The notes under the pieces are model-generated. The model was not told where the DNA came from. It saw only the letters and a program-made list of their open reading frames with translations, and ran no database searches. Made by a program: the position numbers and the translations under genes. Of a stretch of 64,000 nt of DNA, positions 62,472 through 64,000 are shown one piece after another. Numbering within the stretch: position 1 is the first letter of the stretch; each line of letters starts with the position of its first letter. The DNA comes from a virus (Duplodnaviria; Caudoviricetes). The stretch is taken from positions 7,731-71,730 of the IMG/VR virus record IMGVR_UViG_3300049174_000047. One strand, written 5' to 3'.

Positions 62472-64000
62472 ATGACCACCCCCGACCAGTACTCCCAGCA
62501 GATGCTGGCCACCCTGGCCCACACCATCCCCACGCTGAGCTGTGAGGTCGGCACCCCCGAGCGCAAGATCGTGGACGCGGTGGCCGAGGCCATCAGCGAG
62601 GCCTCGGTGGCCCAGTACCTCGTCGGCAGCTTGATGGACATCGACACCAAGAGCGGGTTGGAGCTGGAACAGTACGTCGCCACCTACGGCTTCGGCCGCC
62701 TGCAGGGCAAGGCCGCCAAGGGCGTGGTGCGGGTGCAGGTCAACATGCCCAGCGTCACCGACTACGTGTTCCAGCTGGGCACCCAGTTCTACACCACACC
62801 GGGACTGGCCGGGATGGCCACCACGCTGTACTTCGCCTCCACCCAGGCCGTGGTGCTCACCGCGGGCAATCTGACCACTGACGTGCCGGTGCAGTGCACC
62901 ATCGTGGGCAGCCAGGGCAACGTGCCGCCCAATTCGATCACCTACGTCGGCGACGTGATCGGCGGGTCCACGGTGACCAATCTGAGCGCGATGACCGGCG
63001 GGGTGGACACCGAGACCGACACCGAGCTGCGCCAGCGCTTCAAGGACACCCTGCTGCGCAACATGGCCGGGACGCGGGACTACTACGAGGCCTTGTGCCA
63101 GCAGAACAACAACGTGAGCCGGGTGGTGGTGTTCGGCCCGCTGTCCCTCTACAAGACCCAGATCCCGGTGCCCGACACCGAGCTGGTGCTCGATGTCAAC
63201 CAGGACGTGAAGTTCGCCTGGCACGAAATGGAGAGCGTGTTCACCAACCTGGGCCAGGAGGACGAGGCCTTCTACTCCCCGGTCTACGACTACACCTACG
63301 TCGGCGGGACCAGCCCCACCATCACCCGCACCGACACCGGGGCGCTCAACCCCGGCGACATCGTGGACGTGGAGTTCCAGTACACCACCCGCAGCTCACG
63401 CAATGACCCGATCAACGAGGTCACCAACAAGATCGACATCTTCGTGGACGGTGTCTCCCCGTATTCGGTCACCGAGGTGACGGTGGTCAGCGACGACGCG
63501 CTCTCCACGGCCTCCACCGACATGCTGTTCACCGGGAACTACCGGCGGGTGGGCTCGGCCGGGGCCCCGGTCTCGGGTCATCGGTTCATGCGCCTGGGGT
63601 CGGTGCCCATCGTGAGCTTCCCGTCCACTCTGACCGTGGGCGGGGTGGTCTACACACAGGGCACCCACTACTGGGTGCTGGCCCCCGATCCGACCAACGC
63701 CAACCCCTACACCCTGCTGGCGGGCAGCGCCCAGGAGGTCGGCGGGATCGAGTGGGATGCCACCGGGCCCCCGTCGGGGGCCGAGCTGACCTTGGAGTAC
63801 GTCTACAACCAGACCCCCGAGCTGCTCAACGCATTGATCACCCCGGCCAAGCAGATCACGTCGGACGTGCTGGTGCACCAGGGCCGGTTCGCCTACATCC
63901 AGCCCTGCCTGTCGGTGGAGTACGACCGCGCCTACTCGGTGGCCGTGGTCAACTCGAACATCATCCAGCGCATGCAGCAGTGGTGGAACCAGATGCCGTT
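62472..64000 (+). CDS. Baseplate J-like protein, truncated by the window end
   Basis: G..LE......G..R, G..GNV....I.....I....V.N..A..GG.D.ETD.ELR.R; frame open to 64000. Confidence 0.9.
   Translation, partial: MTTPDQYSQQMLATLAHTIPTLSCEVGTPERKIVDAVAEAISEASVAQYLVGSLMDIDTKSGLELEQYVATYGFGRLQGKAAKGVVRVQVNMPSVTDYVFQLGTQFYTTPGLAGMATTLYFASTQAVVLTAGNLTTDVPVQCTIVGSQGNVPPNSITYVGDVIGGSTVTNLSAMTGGVDTETDTELRQRFKDTLLRNMAGTRDYYEALCQQNNNVSRVVVFGPLSLYKTQIPVPDTELVLDVNQDVKFAWHEMESVFTNLGQEDEAFYSPVYDYTYVGGTSPTITRTDTGALNPGDIVDVEFQYTTRSSRNDPINEVTNKIDIFVDGVSPYSVTEVTVVSDDALSTASTDMLFTGNYRRVGSAGAPVSGHRFMRLGSVPIVSFPSTLTVGGVVYTQGTHYWVLAPDPTNANPYTLLAGSAQEVGGIEWDATGPPSGAELTLEYVYNQTPELLNALITPAKQITSDVLVHQGRFAYIQPCLSVEYDRAYSVAVVNSNIIQRMQQWWNQMP

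Overview
A 64-kb, roughly 67% GC slice of a large contractile-tailed (myoviral) actinophage. The host is probably a mycolic-acid bacterium such as Mycobacterium, judging from LysB and a mycobacterial-type tRNA-Leu. The gene order resembles Bxz1-like myoviruses (inference from recalled architecture, not a database search). Bases 1-7.8 kb are accessory/early genes: Ku, an OB-fold protein, an ADP-ribosylglycohydrolase, a degenerate HNH and a DUF932-like protein. From about 7.8 kb the window is late: LysB, two ~1,700-aa low-complexity head-region proteins flanking the portal, protease-scaffold, decoration protein, major capsid, neck genes, tRNA-Leu(CAA), an HNH endonuclease, sheath, tube, frameshifted chaperone, tape measure, hub, fibres and baseplate wedge/J (cut by the window end). 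No terminase, LysA, integrase, reverse transcriptase or CRISPR array is visible. The strongest unexplained signal is a candidate protease-processed peptide-cassette system. A basic [R/K/H]-x-A motif punctuates the giant head proteins into 25-200-aa cassettes, and it also follows very short N-terminal leaders on putative cargo enzymes (ART-like plus papain-like protein, OPRT-like protein). Some cassettes are bounded by 18-20-nt direct repeats or shared between genes, and one copies the portal N-terminal peptide. The protease gene carries four in-frame internal RBS+ATG starts, each followed by a basic leader. Other signals: AT/AATT-rich synonymous patches inside conserved structural genes, TTG-rich major capsid codons matching the phage tRNA, and a nine-copy bipartite late-promoter motif. 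Family assignments come from motif recognition by eye, and cleavage or packaging claims are inference.
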